Positions 29,186 to 39,446 of a stretch of DNA of 64,000 nucleotides are shown piece after piece. Both the position numbers and the translations under genes were made by a program. Source of the DNA: a virus; IMG/VR virus record IMGVR_UViG_3300048032_000927, positions 51,246 through 115,245 of that record; one strand, given 5' to 3'. The first letter of the stretch is position 1. Every line of letters begins with the position of its first letter. Below the pieces are notes generated by a model. The model made no database searches, was not told the origin of the DNA, and saw nothing but the letters and a program-made list of their open reading frames with translations.

Positions 29186-29646
29186 TATCACACCTCGAAG
29201 GCCCGAACAAGCACATCATCAATTTAATCAAGCTTGATAGCGGTGAAGTTGTCAACTCGACAAGCAAATGGTTAACTGATCGTTGGTTCTTAAGGGAATC
29301 TAATTTTGAAAAAAACTTAACATGTATTGAAATTAGTCCATTCAAAAACAATAAAGACTCTAATACATTTGTTGGTAAAAAATATCTTGAACATAAAGTT
29401 TACAATTCTTTTGATAATGCCCCTGATGACATAGATTTTCTTTCTATAATAGACCCCGACAATGCTTTTGAGGTTCTTAAATCCATCGATCATTCTAAAT
29501 ATAAAATTAAATATCTTTGTGTAGCTATTAATCCACTAAAAAACAAAAATTTTAAAGAAAATAAAAAAGACATAGAGTTACTACTTAAAGGTAAATACAA
29601 ATTTATCAAACAAAACAGGACAGAGTTATTATATAGTGTAATATAA
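29173..29646 (+). CDS. Degenerate FkbM-like methyltransferase fragment
   Basis: IDFLSI...EVLKSID.SKYKIK matches the FkbM C-terminus; SAM-binding Gly motif absent. Confidence 0.45.
   Translation: MENLISHLEGPNKHIINLIKLDSGEVVNSTSKWLTDRWFLRESNFEKNLTCIEISPFKNNKDSNTFVGKKYLEHKVYNSFDNAPDDIDFLSIIDPDNAFEVLKSIDHSKYKIKYLCVAINPLKNKNFKENKKDIELLLKGKYKFIKQNRTELLYSVI
29636..29644 (+). promoter_or_regulatory. Class II motif
   Basis: GTGTAATAT, 16 nt before ATG 29652. Confidence 0.55.
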
Positions 29647-29651
29647 TCTTG

Positions 29652-30272
29652 ATGCAAAAACCAATACCAACATATAGAAATCGGGTTCATTTGTTATATT
29701 TATTAAATGAACGTAAAATCAAACATGCATGCGAAGTCGGCGTATTCAGGGGTGGCTACAGTAGAGAAATCTTAGGAAGAATTCACAGTTTGGAAACACT
29801 TTACCTAGTGGATCTTTGGGAAAATCAAACTAATTACCACGACCTATGCAATGGAACCCAAGAAGAAATGAATGAGCATTTCTTAAAAACACTAGATAAT
29901 ACATCTAAATGGAAGGATAAAACTAAAGTTTTAAAAGGTTACTCTACTTCTGTTTGCAATAAAATACCGGACAATAGTCTTGATTGGGTTTATATAGATG
30001 CGAGACATGATTATCTTGGATGTAAAGAAGATATTCATGCATATTGGCCAAAATTAAAATCCAACGGGATTATGAGTGGTCACGATTACATTGAAAATCA
30101 CGAATTACAAAAAATGCAGCCCAATAATGATTGGTCAATTTGCTATGACGGATCTTTTCATCCTGGGGCAGTTAAAGGCGCCGTAGACGAATTTGCTAAC
30201 GATAATAACCTACAAGTTATAGTTGGATACAAAGAGCCAGATTATCCTAGTTGGTCAATCCTGAAACCATAG
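29652..30272 (+). CDS. Methyltransf_24-like SAM methyltransferase
   Basis: EVGVFRG, VDLW, LDWVYIDARHDY, GHDY, VKGAVDEF. Confidence 0.85.
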   Translation: MQKPIPTYRNRVHLLYLLNERKIKHACEVGVFRGGYSREILGRIHSLETLYLVDLWENQTNYHDLCNGTQEEMNEHFLKTLDNTSKWKDKTKVLKGYSTSVCNKIPDNSLDWVYIDARHDYLGCKEDIHAYWPKLKSNGIMSGHDYIENHELQKMQPNNDWSICYDGSFHPGAVKGAVDEFANDNNLQVIVGYKEPDYPSWSILKP

Positions 30273-30276
30273 AAAC

Positions 30277-32049
30277 ATGAACAATATACAGATCAAAACT
30301 GGAGCCAACTTAAGCAGGCTCCTTCAATCTACAGTAAACATACCTCAAGCTTTTACTGAGCTTATTAAAAATTCCATTCAAAACTTCGCAACATCCTGCT
30401 CTATTGAATTGCAACACCCTTACTATGGTGACACGAATTGCTGCGCCATCATAACTGATAATGGCCAAGGATTTGATCATATTCCTGATGAAAATGGAAT
30501 GAACGCTTTTGACAAGTATTTTGTTTTTGGAAATTCATACGATACTACTGGCGGCAAAGGTGTTCAACTAGGTCAAATGGGTATAGGAGGGAAGCTGGCT
30601 AATGACAAACTTTCTCATGAAACAGAAATTCACTGGACAATTGAGACCAAAAATGTTCATGGCAAATGTTTTCTCTTAGAATATAAACCAACCAATGTCA
30701 CATTCTTAAACGAATACTCTCCATCTTTTAGAGAACTTAGCCTACAAGAATCTTCTATTAAAAGTGACACCGGAACAAGAATAACAATACAAAAAGTTAA
30801 ACGAAAAATTGAAGCAAATAGCTGGAACAAAGAAATCATCAAGAATGAGCTCCGCACATTTTTTGGGCATCTTATTCCTCAATTACAGAAAGATGGCAAA
30901 AAGTTTGACCTCACCTTGAACGGAGAGAGTTTAGAATTTATCTACAAACTTCCAGGATCTAATATTCCAGTAATTAATAGAGAATTTGAGTATGATTACT
31001 ATGGCCAAAAGAAGAAAGCCAATATTGAACTTAGACTGTCTTTGGTTTATAACAGATCTTTAATCAAAAACCATCCCCTCAAAAACATTGATATTATTTC
31101 GAAAGTCAAAATATGCCCATTTCATCTATCAGACCAAGACTTACTTGCATCAACAATAAGCTGGGTTGAATCCAAGAATAAAGAAGAATGTTTGGACCGC
31201 GACAAAATACATAATATATTTAATAAATTAGTTGGATTCATTTCTTGCGATGCTCTCTCTGAAGTTCTTGACGATACGGGCATGCCCGCTAAAGATTTAT
31301 CTCACCATAGTTTAAGAGATGACCACCCAATCACTAAGCCTTTTCTCGAAAAATGTTATAGGGTAGTTATTGAATGGATCATTGAATATATTAAATTAAA
31401 TCAAGAGGAAAAAATGAATATACTTGATGCTTTAGCTAACGAAGTGTCAACTATGCTTGCTGAATATTTTGACGAAGAAGATTTTTCGGACCTTTGGCAA
31501 AACGACGAAGGTGAAGACGAAGAAGAAGAGGAAGAGTTAACGGAAGAAGAAGAGCAAGAGGAAAAAGAAAAAGAAGAGCTTAAAGAGCTTGCCGAGATTG
31601 TTGCCAGAAGAGAATTCGATTTTCAACCCGAAGAAGAGGAAGAACCTGAAGAAGAGGAAGAGGAGGAAGAAGAGGAAGAGGAGGAAGAAGAACCTGAACC
31701 GGAAAATAACATTCCTCCACTATGGAATAGATTTAAAAATCAAAAACTTAAGAAATCGAAGAGGATTAGATATATAATTATCGATTTTGGTGAAGAAGAG
31801 AAAAACCTAATGTCAAGAGTGGATGATAATGAAAATTTCACTATATTAATCAACGAAGGCAATCCGAAGTTTTCAAGATTAAAAGAAGAGAATTCTCCTT
31901 TTTTATTGGCTCTTCACATTTCTGAGCTTTTAATTAGAGAGATTACGGTATACAAAAACCCCCTAGCTTCCCCATCTGATTTAGATGAAGCTATTAGTAA
32001 TTTCTATAGCGATAAATACTCTCAAGTAAAAACGAAAAGTGAGCTCTGA
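30277..32049 (+). CDS. GHKL (MORC/Hsp90-like) ATPase with long acidic tract
   Basis: ELIKNS, DNGQG, GQMGIGGK, GTRI; poly-Glu at ~31500-31700; ILINEGNP C-terminal motif. Confidence 0.8.
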   Translation: MNNIQIKTGANLSRLLQSTVNIPQAFTELIKNSIQNFATSCSIELQHPYYGDTNCCAIITDNGQGFDHIPDENGMNAFDKYFVFGNSYDTTGGKGVQLGQMGIGGKLANDKLSHETEIHWTIETKNVHGKCFLLEYKPTNVTFLNEYSPSFRELSLQESSIKSDTGTRITIQKVKRKIEANSWNKEIIKNELRTFFGHLIPQLQKDGKKFDLTLNGESLEFIYKLPGSNIPVINREFEYDYYGQKKKANIELRLSLVYNRSLIKNHPLKNIDIISKVKICPFHLSDQDLLASTISWVESKNKEECLDRDKIHNIFNKLVGFISCDALSEVLDDTGMPAKDLSHHSLRDDHPITKPFLEKCYRVVIEWIIEYIKLNQEEKMNILDALANEVSTMLAEYFDEEDFSDLWQNDEGEDEEEEEELTEEEEQEEKEKEELKELAEIVARREFDFQPEEEEEPEEEEEEEEEEEEEEEPEPENNIPPLWNRFKNQKLKKSKRIRYIIIDFGEEEKNLMSRVDDNENFTILINEGNPKFSRLKEENSPFLLALHISELLIREITVYKNPLASPSDLDEAISNFYSDKYSQVKTKSEL

Positions 32050-32983
32050 TTTTGCACCATACAGAATTATAGGAAAACCTTTTGATTTTGACCTTATTTG
32101 CGAAGAGGATCGCTTTCGGTTTGGCAGGGTTGTAGTTGAAAAAAAGAATGGTTCATTATTAAACCATTACTATGATCACTCTCCATGGAAATTTGATGCA
32201 AAAAACTCAAAAGCAGTTAGCTTTATCAAGCAGATTGAAAGGGCTGATGCGGCTCTAAACTTTCCAGACTTCAATCCAGTTAAAATTTATTTTATAGATG
32301 TCCCACCCAAAGCTGATATCATCAATCAATCAGCTGATCCCATTTTATTTCAGTCTTACATTGATAAAAACGAACCGGAATGCCCCCTCAGCCTAAGGAA
32401 TCATCCAGATTTTATTTGTTGCCCCGATTTTACTTTTTGGGATTGGTGCGGAATGAAATATGATCGTTACTTTAGTAAAATCCGTACTGCTGGAGAGTCA
32501 AAGCCAGTTTCCTTAAAACTGTTTTGGCGCGGCACAAAATACCCAAAACTTCGCGGCCCCTTAGTTGATCTTAGCGAGCAGTATCCAGATATAATTGATG
32601 CAAAATTTGCAAAGCCTAATAAAAACGACCAAAACTTTATTTCTTTAGAAGATGCAGTTCTTGGTTACAGTTATTTTATTGACCTGCAGGCTTCTGGCTG
32701 GAGCCCAAGAGTTAAATACTTCCTTCAGTCTCATCGTTTGACATTTTTACAGGAGCGCTTTCATAAAGCATACTATGAAAAAGATTTGGTTCCCATGGAG
32801 CATTACATACCAATCAAAAAAGATCTATCCGATCTTGTTGATAAAATTAATTGGGCAAACAGCAATCCTAAAGCGGTTTCAGAAATTATAGAAAATGCTT
32901 TCAATTTCAGTATAATAAATTTCTCTATAGACGCCGTAAACAAAAAGTGGCTAGAAGTAATAGAGTATTCACAAAGAGGTTAA
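32039..32983 (+). CDS. GT90/CAP10-like glycosyltransferase
   Basis: PDFTFWDW, LFWRG, YFIDLQASGWSPRVKY, LVPMEHYIPI...DL. Confidence 0.8.
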   Translation: MSSDFAPYRIIGKPFDFDLICEEDRFRFGRVVVEKKNGSLLNHYYDHSPWKFDAKNSKAVSFIKQIERADAALNFPDFNPVKIYFIDVPPKADIINQSADPILFQSYIDKNEPECPLSLRNHPDFICCPDFTFWDWCGMKYDRYFSKIRTAGESKPVSLKLFWRGTKYPKLRGPLVDLSEQYPDIIDAKFAKPNKNDQNFISLEDAVLGYSYFIDLQASGWSPRVKYFLQSHRLTFLQERFHKAYYEKDLVPMEHYIPIKKDLSDLVDKINWANSNPKAVSEIIENAFNFSIINFSIDAVNKKWLEVIEYSQRG

Positions 32984-32995
32984 AACATTTTCCCT

Positions 32996-33661
32996 ATGTA
33001 CGATTTAATTATATTAACTACAGCGATTGATAGGCCTGATTTACACAACCAGACCTTGCGGCCATTTTTTAATATGCTTGAAAAACAGGGGATTAATCAC
33101 AAGTGGATTGTTAATTTAGATTCTCCATTTAATAAAAGAGAAGCAGCATTAAATAATCTTAAAACGTTTAATTATAGCTACCATGGTCATGATATACATA
33201 TGTCAAATAAGGCGTGCTTTTACTCAGCAGCAAAACATGTTATAACTGCTGCATACGATGATCTAGTCGATCTTGATGGATATGTAATGTGGCTGGAGGA
33301 TGACTGGGATTTACTTGTCCCATTTAACATGCGAGAGTTAATAGATAGCGACTACGAATATATTGGCTTTCACTTTCATCACTTTTTTGAATTCTCCTTC
33401 AACCCAACTATTTGGAGTCAAGATTTCTTTGTAAAAAATGTATATGAGCCCTTTGCTTCCTCAGAAGAGTCTATAGACCCAGAGCAACTTCTTATTAACC
33501 ACCACAAAAAAACTAGAGCAGAAGACCCCAGCCATTTAAAAAATGTAAAACGCATCAATTTTAATGGTGTGTTTGAAGATGCTGGCAGAAAATGGGGCGA
33601 GCAATATAATTTAAAAAAATGGAATAAAAATAAAACAGGAGGAAGTGTTAGTTATGTATAA
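32996..33661 (+). CDS. GT-A-like glycosyltransferase
   Basis: TAIDRP, WLEDDW, SFNPTIW, DPE. Confidence 0.55.
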   Translation: MYDLIILTTAIDRPDLHNQTLRPFFNMLEKQGINHKWIVNLDSPFNKREAALNNLKTFNYSYHGHDIHMSNKACFYSAAKHVITAAYDDLVDLDGYVMWLEDDWDLLVPFNMRELIDSDYEYIGFHFHHFFEFSFNPTIWSQDFFVKNVYEPFASSEESIDPEQLLINHHKKTRAEDPSHLKNVKRINFNGVFEDAGRKWGEQYNLKKWNKNKTGGSVSYV

Positions 33662-34385
33662 AGCTTCTATCATATTATCGTCCTACAATAATTTATCTGC
33701 ACTAAAGTTAAGCATTGAAAGTTTAAAATACCAAACAGAAAAAGATTTTGAAATTATTATAGCAGACGATGGATCAACAGATGGAACAATAGAATACTTG
33801 GAAAAAGAAAACATAAAGTATTTTAGCCATCCAAACGAAGGATATAGACTTGCATATATATGGAATCGCGGCGCCGAACTAGCAACTGGAGATAGATTAA
33901 TTTTTGGTAATGCGGATATTATATCTCACCCCAAAAGAATTGAAGAGCATTTAAAGTTTAGCAATAATTTAGTTGCTGGTATTTATCCATCAATCCCAAT
34001 TGATAAAGTCTCCTCTATTACAAATCATATGATTGCTGATAAATTTGAAGATGTCACTTCACTTGCAACACACGATAGAAGAAAAGATTTTATCGATAAA
34101 ATTAAGCGCCCATACTTAGTTCATGGTAAAAAAATTCCACCACGGTATATGTATGGCGGTAATTGGTCTTGTCCCGCCAACACTTTCATAAAGCTTGGCG
34201 GTCTAGACGAAGGCTTTAGAGGCTGGGGAGGAGAAGATTTTGACTTTGCTAGAAGAGCGGAGTTAGACGGCAACGATATTATACTCAATACTAATTGCAT
34301 AGGTTACCACCTGGACCACGAGACCATTAATAGGGATAGCACCAAATCAATCGGCAAAGGGTATTTTAATAAAAAATGGAATTAA
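33654..34385 (+). CDS. GT2 glycosyltransferase
   Basis: SYN, ADDGSTD, GGLDEGFRGWGGED, YHLDH. Confidence 0.88.
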   Translation: MYKASIILSSYNNLSALKLSIESLKYQTEKDFEIIIADDGSTDGTIEYLEKENIKYFSHPNEGYRLAYIWNRGAELATGDRLIFGNADIISHPKRIEEHLKFSNNLVAGIYPSIPIDKVSSITNHMIADKFEDVTSLATHDRRKDFIDKIKRPYLVHGKKIPPRYMYGGNWSCPANTFIKLGGLDEGFRGWGGEDFDFARRAELDGNDIILNTNCIGYHLDHETINRDSTKSIGKGYFNKKWN

Positions 34386-34406
34386 CATTTAAAGAGTGGA
34401 TCGATA

Positions 34407-35063
34407 ATGAAAAAAATTCTTAAAGTTTTTGTATGCTGTCACAAATACATCCATAGAGTTGAAGAGATAAAAGCTCGCGTTAATAAATGGTGCCTTGGCG
34501 ATTATTTAATTTTTATTGGCGGCGAAGAAGAACAAGAATTAGAAGAAAATGTTATTCAATTAAAATGCAGGGATCTATACGAAGACCTTCCAGAGAAAAT
34601 GTTTGCGATTTATACTTATCTATCTAACCTTGGATATACAGACCTTTATGACTATTTCTGGAAAATAGATGACGACATAGGCTTCATTAAATGGAATGTT
34701 CATCGCGAAGCAAATCTATACAATGAATTAAAGAACCATCACTATTGCGGTTTTAAACTTAAGCCTGGGAGCAAAGGGGGTAAAAGAGGCTGGCACATTG
34801 GCAGAGTAAAAGAAGATTCTCCTTGGTACAACAAGCGATACGATGGAGAGTACATAGACTGGATTGATGGCGGTACTACTTATTTCCTAAGCTCGCATGC
34901 ATTAAACAAATGGAAAGGTTTTGCTGGGCTTAATCAAGTTAGATACAATGATATATACGAAGACCTTGCAGTGGCAAAATATTTATCTAAGTTTGATATT
35001 GTTCCATCAGAAATTGATCCCTGGCAAGGTAAGACTATTTTAAAATTCAACATTAATAAATGA
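34407..35063 (+). CDS. GT31-like galactosyltransferase
   Basis: DLYEDLPEK, KIDDD, GGTTYFLS, YEDLAV. Confidence 0.75.
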   Translation: MKKILKVFVCCHKYIHRVEEIKARVNKWCLGDYLIFIGGEEEQELEENVIQLKCRDLYEDLPEKMFAIYTYLSNLGYTDLYDYFWKIDDDIGFIKWNVHREANLYNELKNHHYCGFKLKPGSKGGKRGWHIGRVKEDSPWYNKRYDGEYIDWIDGGTTYFLSSHALNKWKGFAGLNQVRYNDIYEDLAVAKYLSKFDIVPSEIDPWQGKTILKFNINK

Positions 35064-35863
35064 ACAAAAATATTTTCTTACTATGTCTGCAAGGATGGGA
35101 CAATGCTCCATGGTTATATCGCGAAGTGTCTGAATCCTGGGAAATCAATAACCCAGATTGGAAAATTCATTATATAGATTTTAATAATTTAAAAGATTAC
35201 GTTGATGACATAGATTATATTTATGATAAAACTAAAGATATAAGGAAACCTGCTCAAAGCGATATTATACGTTTATCTTTATTGAAAAATTACGGGGGTG
35301 TATGGGTTGACGCTACTTTGCTTTGCATGCAACCCTTAGACCATTGGGCTCAAGAAGCCGTATCCCATTCAGGTATATGGATGTATCATGCATGCATTGA
35401 CCCAAAGACTAATTTTATAGGGGGTGCTAGTTGGTTTATATTGTCAGAAAAATCTTCCTACATTATCAATAAATGGAAAGAGGGGTGTGATATTTATTGG
35501 GGTAAAATGAACAAGATGCACACGTTTTTATGGATGGATTCTATTTTTAAAGATTTATTTTTTGCTGATAATAAATTTAGAGATGAATGGGTTGATTGTT
35601 GCTACGCAAAAGGTTTAGACATGAATTCTGAATATGGCTCCAGGGCTGAATCGCCAAATTGGCTTAACGATAATAAATTCAGGTCAGATATATTTTTAAA
35701 TACCCCTCCTTATGCCGTTAAATTAACTAAATTCTTTATGGATTCATTTCCTGACCCTACTTCTGTTGATTTTAAAAATTCCAGCATTTATAATGCAATA
35801 AAAATGAGTAAAAGAAAATTTGTATACAAACATCCTTGGGAAACTCCTAAGAAGTGTAATTAA
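35060..35863 (+). CDS. GT32/capsular-polysaccharide-synthesis-like transferase
   Basis: QGWDNAP, SW...NPDW, SDIIRLSLLKNYGGVWVDAT. Confidence 0.8.
   Translation: MNKNIFLLCLQGWDNAPWLYREVSESWEINNPDWKIHYIDFNNLKDYVDDIDYIYDKTKDIRKPAQSDIIRLSLLKNYGGVWVDATLLCMQPLDHWAQEAVSHSGIWMYHACIDPKTNFIGGASWFILSEKSSYIINKWKEGCDIYWGKMNKMHTFLWMDSIFKDLFFADNKFRDEWVDCCYAKGLDMNSEYGSRAESPNWLNDNKFRSDIFLNTPPYAVKLTKFFMDSFPDPTSVDFKNSSIYNAIKMSKRKFVYKHPWETPKKCN
35854..35862 (+). promoter_or_regulatory. Class II motif
   Basis: GTGTAATTA, 15 nt before ATG 35869. Confidence 0.5.
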
Positions 35864-35868
35864 ACGAA

Positions 35869-36678
35869 ATGAAGCCTGTTAAAGTTACCAATGAGCGCAC
35901 TGGAGGGAATTTATTCCACTATGCACATTTTATTTGTGATTGCTTGTATCCTGAATTTTTATCTGGAGTTTTTGATTATACCGATGTCTTCAGATTAAAA
36001 AGCATTCATCAAACATTAGGAAACTTCGCATCTTTTTACGAAGAAATCTCTGGAGCAAAAAATCACGAATTAGTGCTAGATTCCTTTGATTCTCTTGATT
36101 ATGAACATATTGTTTGCCAAAGAAAAGAAGACGAAAATGACTTTGCTAATTTTGAATCTTTCAGGAAATTTATATTCAACCGTTTAGATATTAAAGCTTT
36201 GATTGATCAAATGGACGATCTTAATTGTTCGGCCCCTGAAATATTATTAATCAAAAGGGGAGAGCCTACCGAACTAATAAGTGACGAAGAATTAAAACTA
36301 GAGAACCCCAATCAAACTAACGGAAAAGAAAGGCGAGAAATATTAGGGGTGGGCAAAGTTGAAGAAAAATTAAAAAATATATACGGAAGTCGGATGCGCT
36401 CTGTTGTTCTCGAAGAAATGCCTTTTCGAATGCAGGTTTTTTTATTCAATCAAGCTAAATTTATTATCTGTGCACACGGAGCATGCATGAGTAATTTATT
36501 TTTTTGCGAACCAGGCACTAAAATATTAGAAGTACAAGCTCAAACCGCTCAAGATAGGGTTATTGGTGCAGGCTGTTATCCGTTTTTTGATTACATTTCA
36601 AAAACACTAGATCTAGATCAGCACAAAACAAAAAATAATCCCTTCATGGTTATAAAGACTGCCCAAAAAATACATTAA
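35869..36678 (+). CDS. GT61-like glycosyltransferase
   Basis: LFHYAHF..D, RREI, AHGACMSNLFF...G..ILE. Confidence 0.8.
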   Translation: MKPVKVTNERTGGNLFHYAHFICDCLYPEFLSGVFDYTDVFRLKSIHQTLGNFASFYEEISGAKNHELVLDSFDSLDYEHIVCQRKEDENDFANFESFRKFIFNRLDIKALIDQMDDLNCSAPEILLIKRGEPTELISDEELKLENPNQTNGKERREILGVGKVEEKLKNIYGSRMRSVVLEEMPFRMQVFLFNQAKFIICAHGACMSNLFFCEPGTKILEVQAQTAQDRVIGAGCYPFFDYISKTLDLDQHKTKNNPFMVIKTAQKIH

Positions 36679-36679
36679 G

Positions 36680-37447
36680 ATGAATTTTAAATCTTACATG
36701 ATCACTTTCACTAAAGACCAGAATCGCCTTATTAATTTCAATCAGGCTAAATTAAAGTTGGATAATTTAGAATTATTTAATGCGGTAAATGCTATTGATC
36801 ATTACAGTCATTTCGAATCAATTGATAGAAAAAATAATTATCATACTGATCAATATATTGATCAGTGGAAATGGCTTCCTGGCAAACTGGGATGTAATTT
36901 GTCTTATGTTAAGTTGTTGAAAGATTATCATCGTAATTATAATTTTTATCCCGACTTCCCTTCTTGGCTTCTTGTTATAGAAGATGATGTTGAAATTAAA
37001 ATAGAGGACGCCACTTCTGTATTTTCTTCCATATTAAACAAGGCATCTGATTTAAGTTTTGACTTTGTTAAATTTTTCATAACAACGGGCAAAGAAAATA
37101 TTAACGGGAAAATTATAGAGTTTTCACCTGAATTGCAATTTGATGAATCGAGACATATATCTGACGGTTTTTATAAACTTATGCCATCGTGGGGTACAGC
37201 TGCTCAAGCTTTTCATATTAATTCTGTATCTAAAATATTAAAGCAGTTGCCATGGAATGACCACATTGATCAAATACTTATGAGACCTCCATTATTTGAC
37301 TCACTAAATAGCGCTGCTTACAAACAAGATTTTTTAAACTATTGCGGTGCTAAAAGTTTAGAAGAAGCCGACGAGGGTTACGGAAGTCTTATATTTAACA
37401 ACTCAACTGATGGCAAGGTTGACTGGAGAAAACTCACAAGAATATGA
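36680..37447 (+). CDS. GT25-like glycosyltransferase
   Basis: NR, FNAVN, GKLGCNLSY, IEDD, WGTAA, HID. Confidence 0.75.
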   Translation: MNFKSYMITFTKDQNRLINFNQAKLKLDNLELFNAVNAIDHYSHFESIDRKNNYHTDQYIDQWKWLPGKLGCNLSYVKLLKDYHRNYNFYPDFPSWLLVIEDDVEIKIEDATSVFSSILNKASDLSFDFVKFFITTGKENINGKIIEFSPELQFDESRHISDGFYKLMPSWGTAAQAFHINSVSKILKQLPWNDHIDQILMRPPLFDSLNSAAYKQDFLNYCGAKSLEEADEGYGSLIFNNSTDGKVDWRKLTRI

Positions 37448-38031
37448 TTTCTCATGAATTAAAATGTATCTTCATACATATACCTAAATGTGCGGGCAGC
37501 TCTATAAATCAACAGCTTAAATTAGATTCAGTAGGATTCTCTGGTCATTCGCCAGCATCATACCATTCTGAATACAAAGATTATTTTTCTTTCACTTTTG
37601 TAAGGAATCCATATGATCGAATAGTTTCGGCGTATAAATATTTCCGCAAACTTAAACCAGGGCATCGTTGGTATAAAAGAAACAGTATAATATCTGATGC
37701 CGCAAATGACATGGAGTTCAATGATTTTGCTCATCACATCAATGATTTTATGAAGCTGATGAAACGAGAAGAAGGTTCATTTGAATCTGGCATCCACTTT
37801 CAACCTTTTCATTATTTTATTGATCAGCCGATTGATTTTGTTGGTCGCTTTGAAAATATTCAACAAGACTATTTTAAGATTTTATCTCATTTAAAACTTT
37901 CTATCAAGCCCCTTCGCAAAACCAACTCAACAAATAATTCAGATTATAGACGATTATATATGGAAGATAGTAAAAGAGAGGTGTACAATATATATGAAGA
38001 AGACATTAACAAATATAAATATAAATTTTAA
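37444..38031 (+). CDS. Sulfotransferase (Sulfotransfer_2)
   Basis: HIPKCAGSS, VRNPYDRIVS, VGRFENI. Confidence 0.88.
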   Translation: MISHELKCIFIHIPKCAGSSINQQLKLDSVGFSGHSPASYHSEYKDYFSFTFVRNPYDRIVSAYKYFRKLKPGHRWYKRNSIISDAANDMEFNDFAHHINDFMKLMKREEGSFESGIHFQPFHYFIDQPIDFVGRFENIQQDYFKILSHLKLSIKPLRKTNSTNNSDYRRLYMEDSKREVYNIYEEDINKYKYKF

Positions 38032-38034
38032 CTT

Positions 38035-38613
38035 ATGACTGATCAATTTCCACTTCCTTATTATTTTAAATTATCTAGTGGTCGAAAATCCTTGTTAGAA
38101 CTAATTACCCCCAACTCTAAATGCGTAGAAGTCGGAGTATTTAAAGGTGATTTTACGTCTTGCATTTTAGATCAATCTCCTGCAGAATTAAATCTAATTG
38201 ACCCTTGGGATAGTATTATCGATGTTCCTGCTAGATGGCATGCTATTCCACAAGATGATATGGATGAAATTTTCAAAGAAGTTTCCTCTAGATTTTCTAC
38301 AGAGTCAAAGGTAAATATCATTAAAAAATATTCTGTTGATGCGCTTGATCAATTTGAAGACGAATCACTAGATTGGGTATACTTGGATGCAAACCACTCT
38401 TATTCTTTTGTAAACCAAGACCTCGAAGGCTGGTGGCCTAAATTAAAACCTCAAGGGTTTTTATGTGGTAATGCATATATCGACGGTGATGCTCAATTAA
38501 GATTATTGGATTTCGGTGTAATACCTGCAGTTGATAGTTTCCTCGAAGATCGTTTTGATGAAATAGAGGATTTTGACAACCAGCAAGACCAATTCTGCAT
38601 TCAAAAAAAGTAA
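38035..38613 (+). CDS. Methyltransf_24-like SAM methyltransferase
   Basis: EVGVFKG, IDPW, LDWVYLDANHSY, WPKLK. Confidence 0.85.
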   Translation: MTDQFPLPYYFKLSSGRKSLLELITPNSKCVEVGVFKGDFTSCILDQSPAELNLIDPWDSIIDVPARWHAIPQDDMDEIFKEVSSRFSTESKVNIIKKYSVDALDQFEDESLDWVYLDANHSYSFVNQDLEGWWPKLKPQGFLCGNAYIDGDAQLRLLDFGVIPAVDSFLEDRFDEIEDFDNQQDQFCIQKK

Positions 38614-38621
38614 CCCTTCCA

Positions 38622-39446
38622 ATGGAAGACATACTGCTTTTATTTAACGAAACCTTTTTAAAAAAAAACGGTATCATTACCGTTAACTCTACCAAAGATA
38701 TACCAAATCAAGATTCTATTCTTTTTATTGGCAGTCATAGGTATACTTTTAACCCCCAAAAGATACTTGAATATTTTGAACCTATATCTAAAAAACCTTT
38801 TACTTATTCAATTATTTGCGGCAAAACAGATCGCTGCTTAAGTAAAGATATAGATATACCTGATAACATTAAAAAAATTTATTGCAATAACGTCGACTAT
38901 TCTCACGATATTATTAAGTTCTTTCCAATGGGTAGGGATTTCAGGGCAAGAGATTGTTTTCATAAAAATACCGAAAACAGAGATCGAGATATTTTAGTTT
39001 ATGGTAATTTTTCATTAAATACAAGCTGGATAAGAAAAGCTATTTATTTGTTTACAAAAGACAATCCCATGTATACTCTTGAAAATATTGGCTCAAGAGG
39101 AACAAGAGGAGAAAAACGTTCTTGGTTTATGCCTAATGATCAATTTTTTAATAGATTGCGAAGCAGTAAATTTGTAATGTGTCCGCGAGGAACGGCACCT
39201 GATTCTTTCAGGTTTTATGACACTCTTTATTGCGGTGCAATTCCTATTGTCGTTAAAGACTCGATGTACGATCAATTTGATCACTCAGAGTTACCAATTC
39301 TTTTCCTGGATCATCAAAAAGATTATCAAAAAATTAGTGAAGATTTTTTAAATGAGCAATATAATATATTATCTCAAAAAATAAAACCTTATTATAAAAC
39401 ATTAGATTTCAATCATTGGATAAAAAGAATTAAATTAGAATTATGA
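38622..39446 (+). CDS. Exostosin-like (GT47-related) glycosyltransferase
   Basis: SKFVMCPRGTAPDSFRFYDTLYCGAIPIV. Confidence 0.72.
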   Translation: MEDILLLFNETFLKKNGIITVNSTKDIPNQDSILFIGSHRYTFNPQKILEYFEPISKKPFTYSIICGKTDRCLSKDIDIPDNIKKIYCNNVDYSHDIIKFFPMGRDFRARDCFHKNTENRDRDILVYGNFSLNTSWIRKAIYLFTKDNPMYTLENIGSRGTRGEKRSWFMPNDQFFNRLRSSKFVMCPRGTAPDSFRFYDTLYCGAIPIVVKDSMYDQFDHSELPILFLDHQKDYQKISEDFLNEQYNILSQKIKPYYKTLDFNHWIKRIKLEL

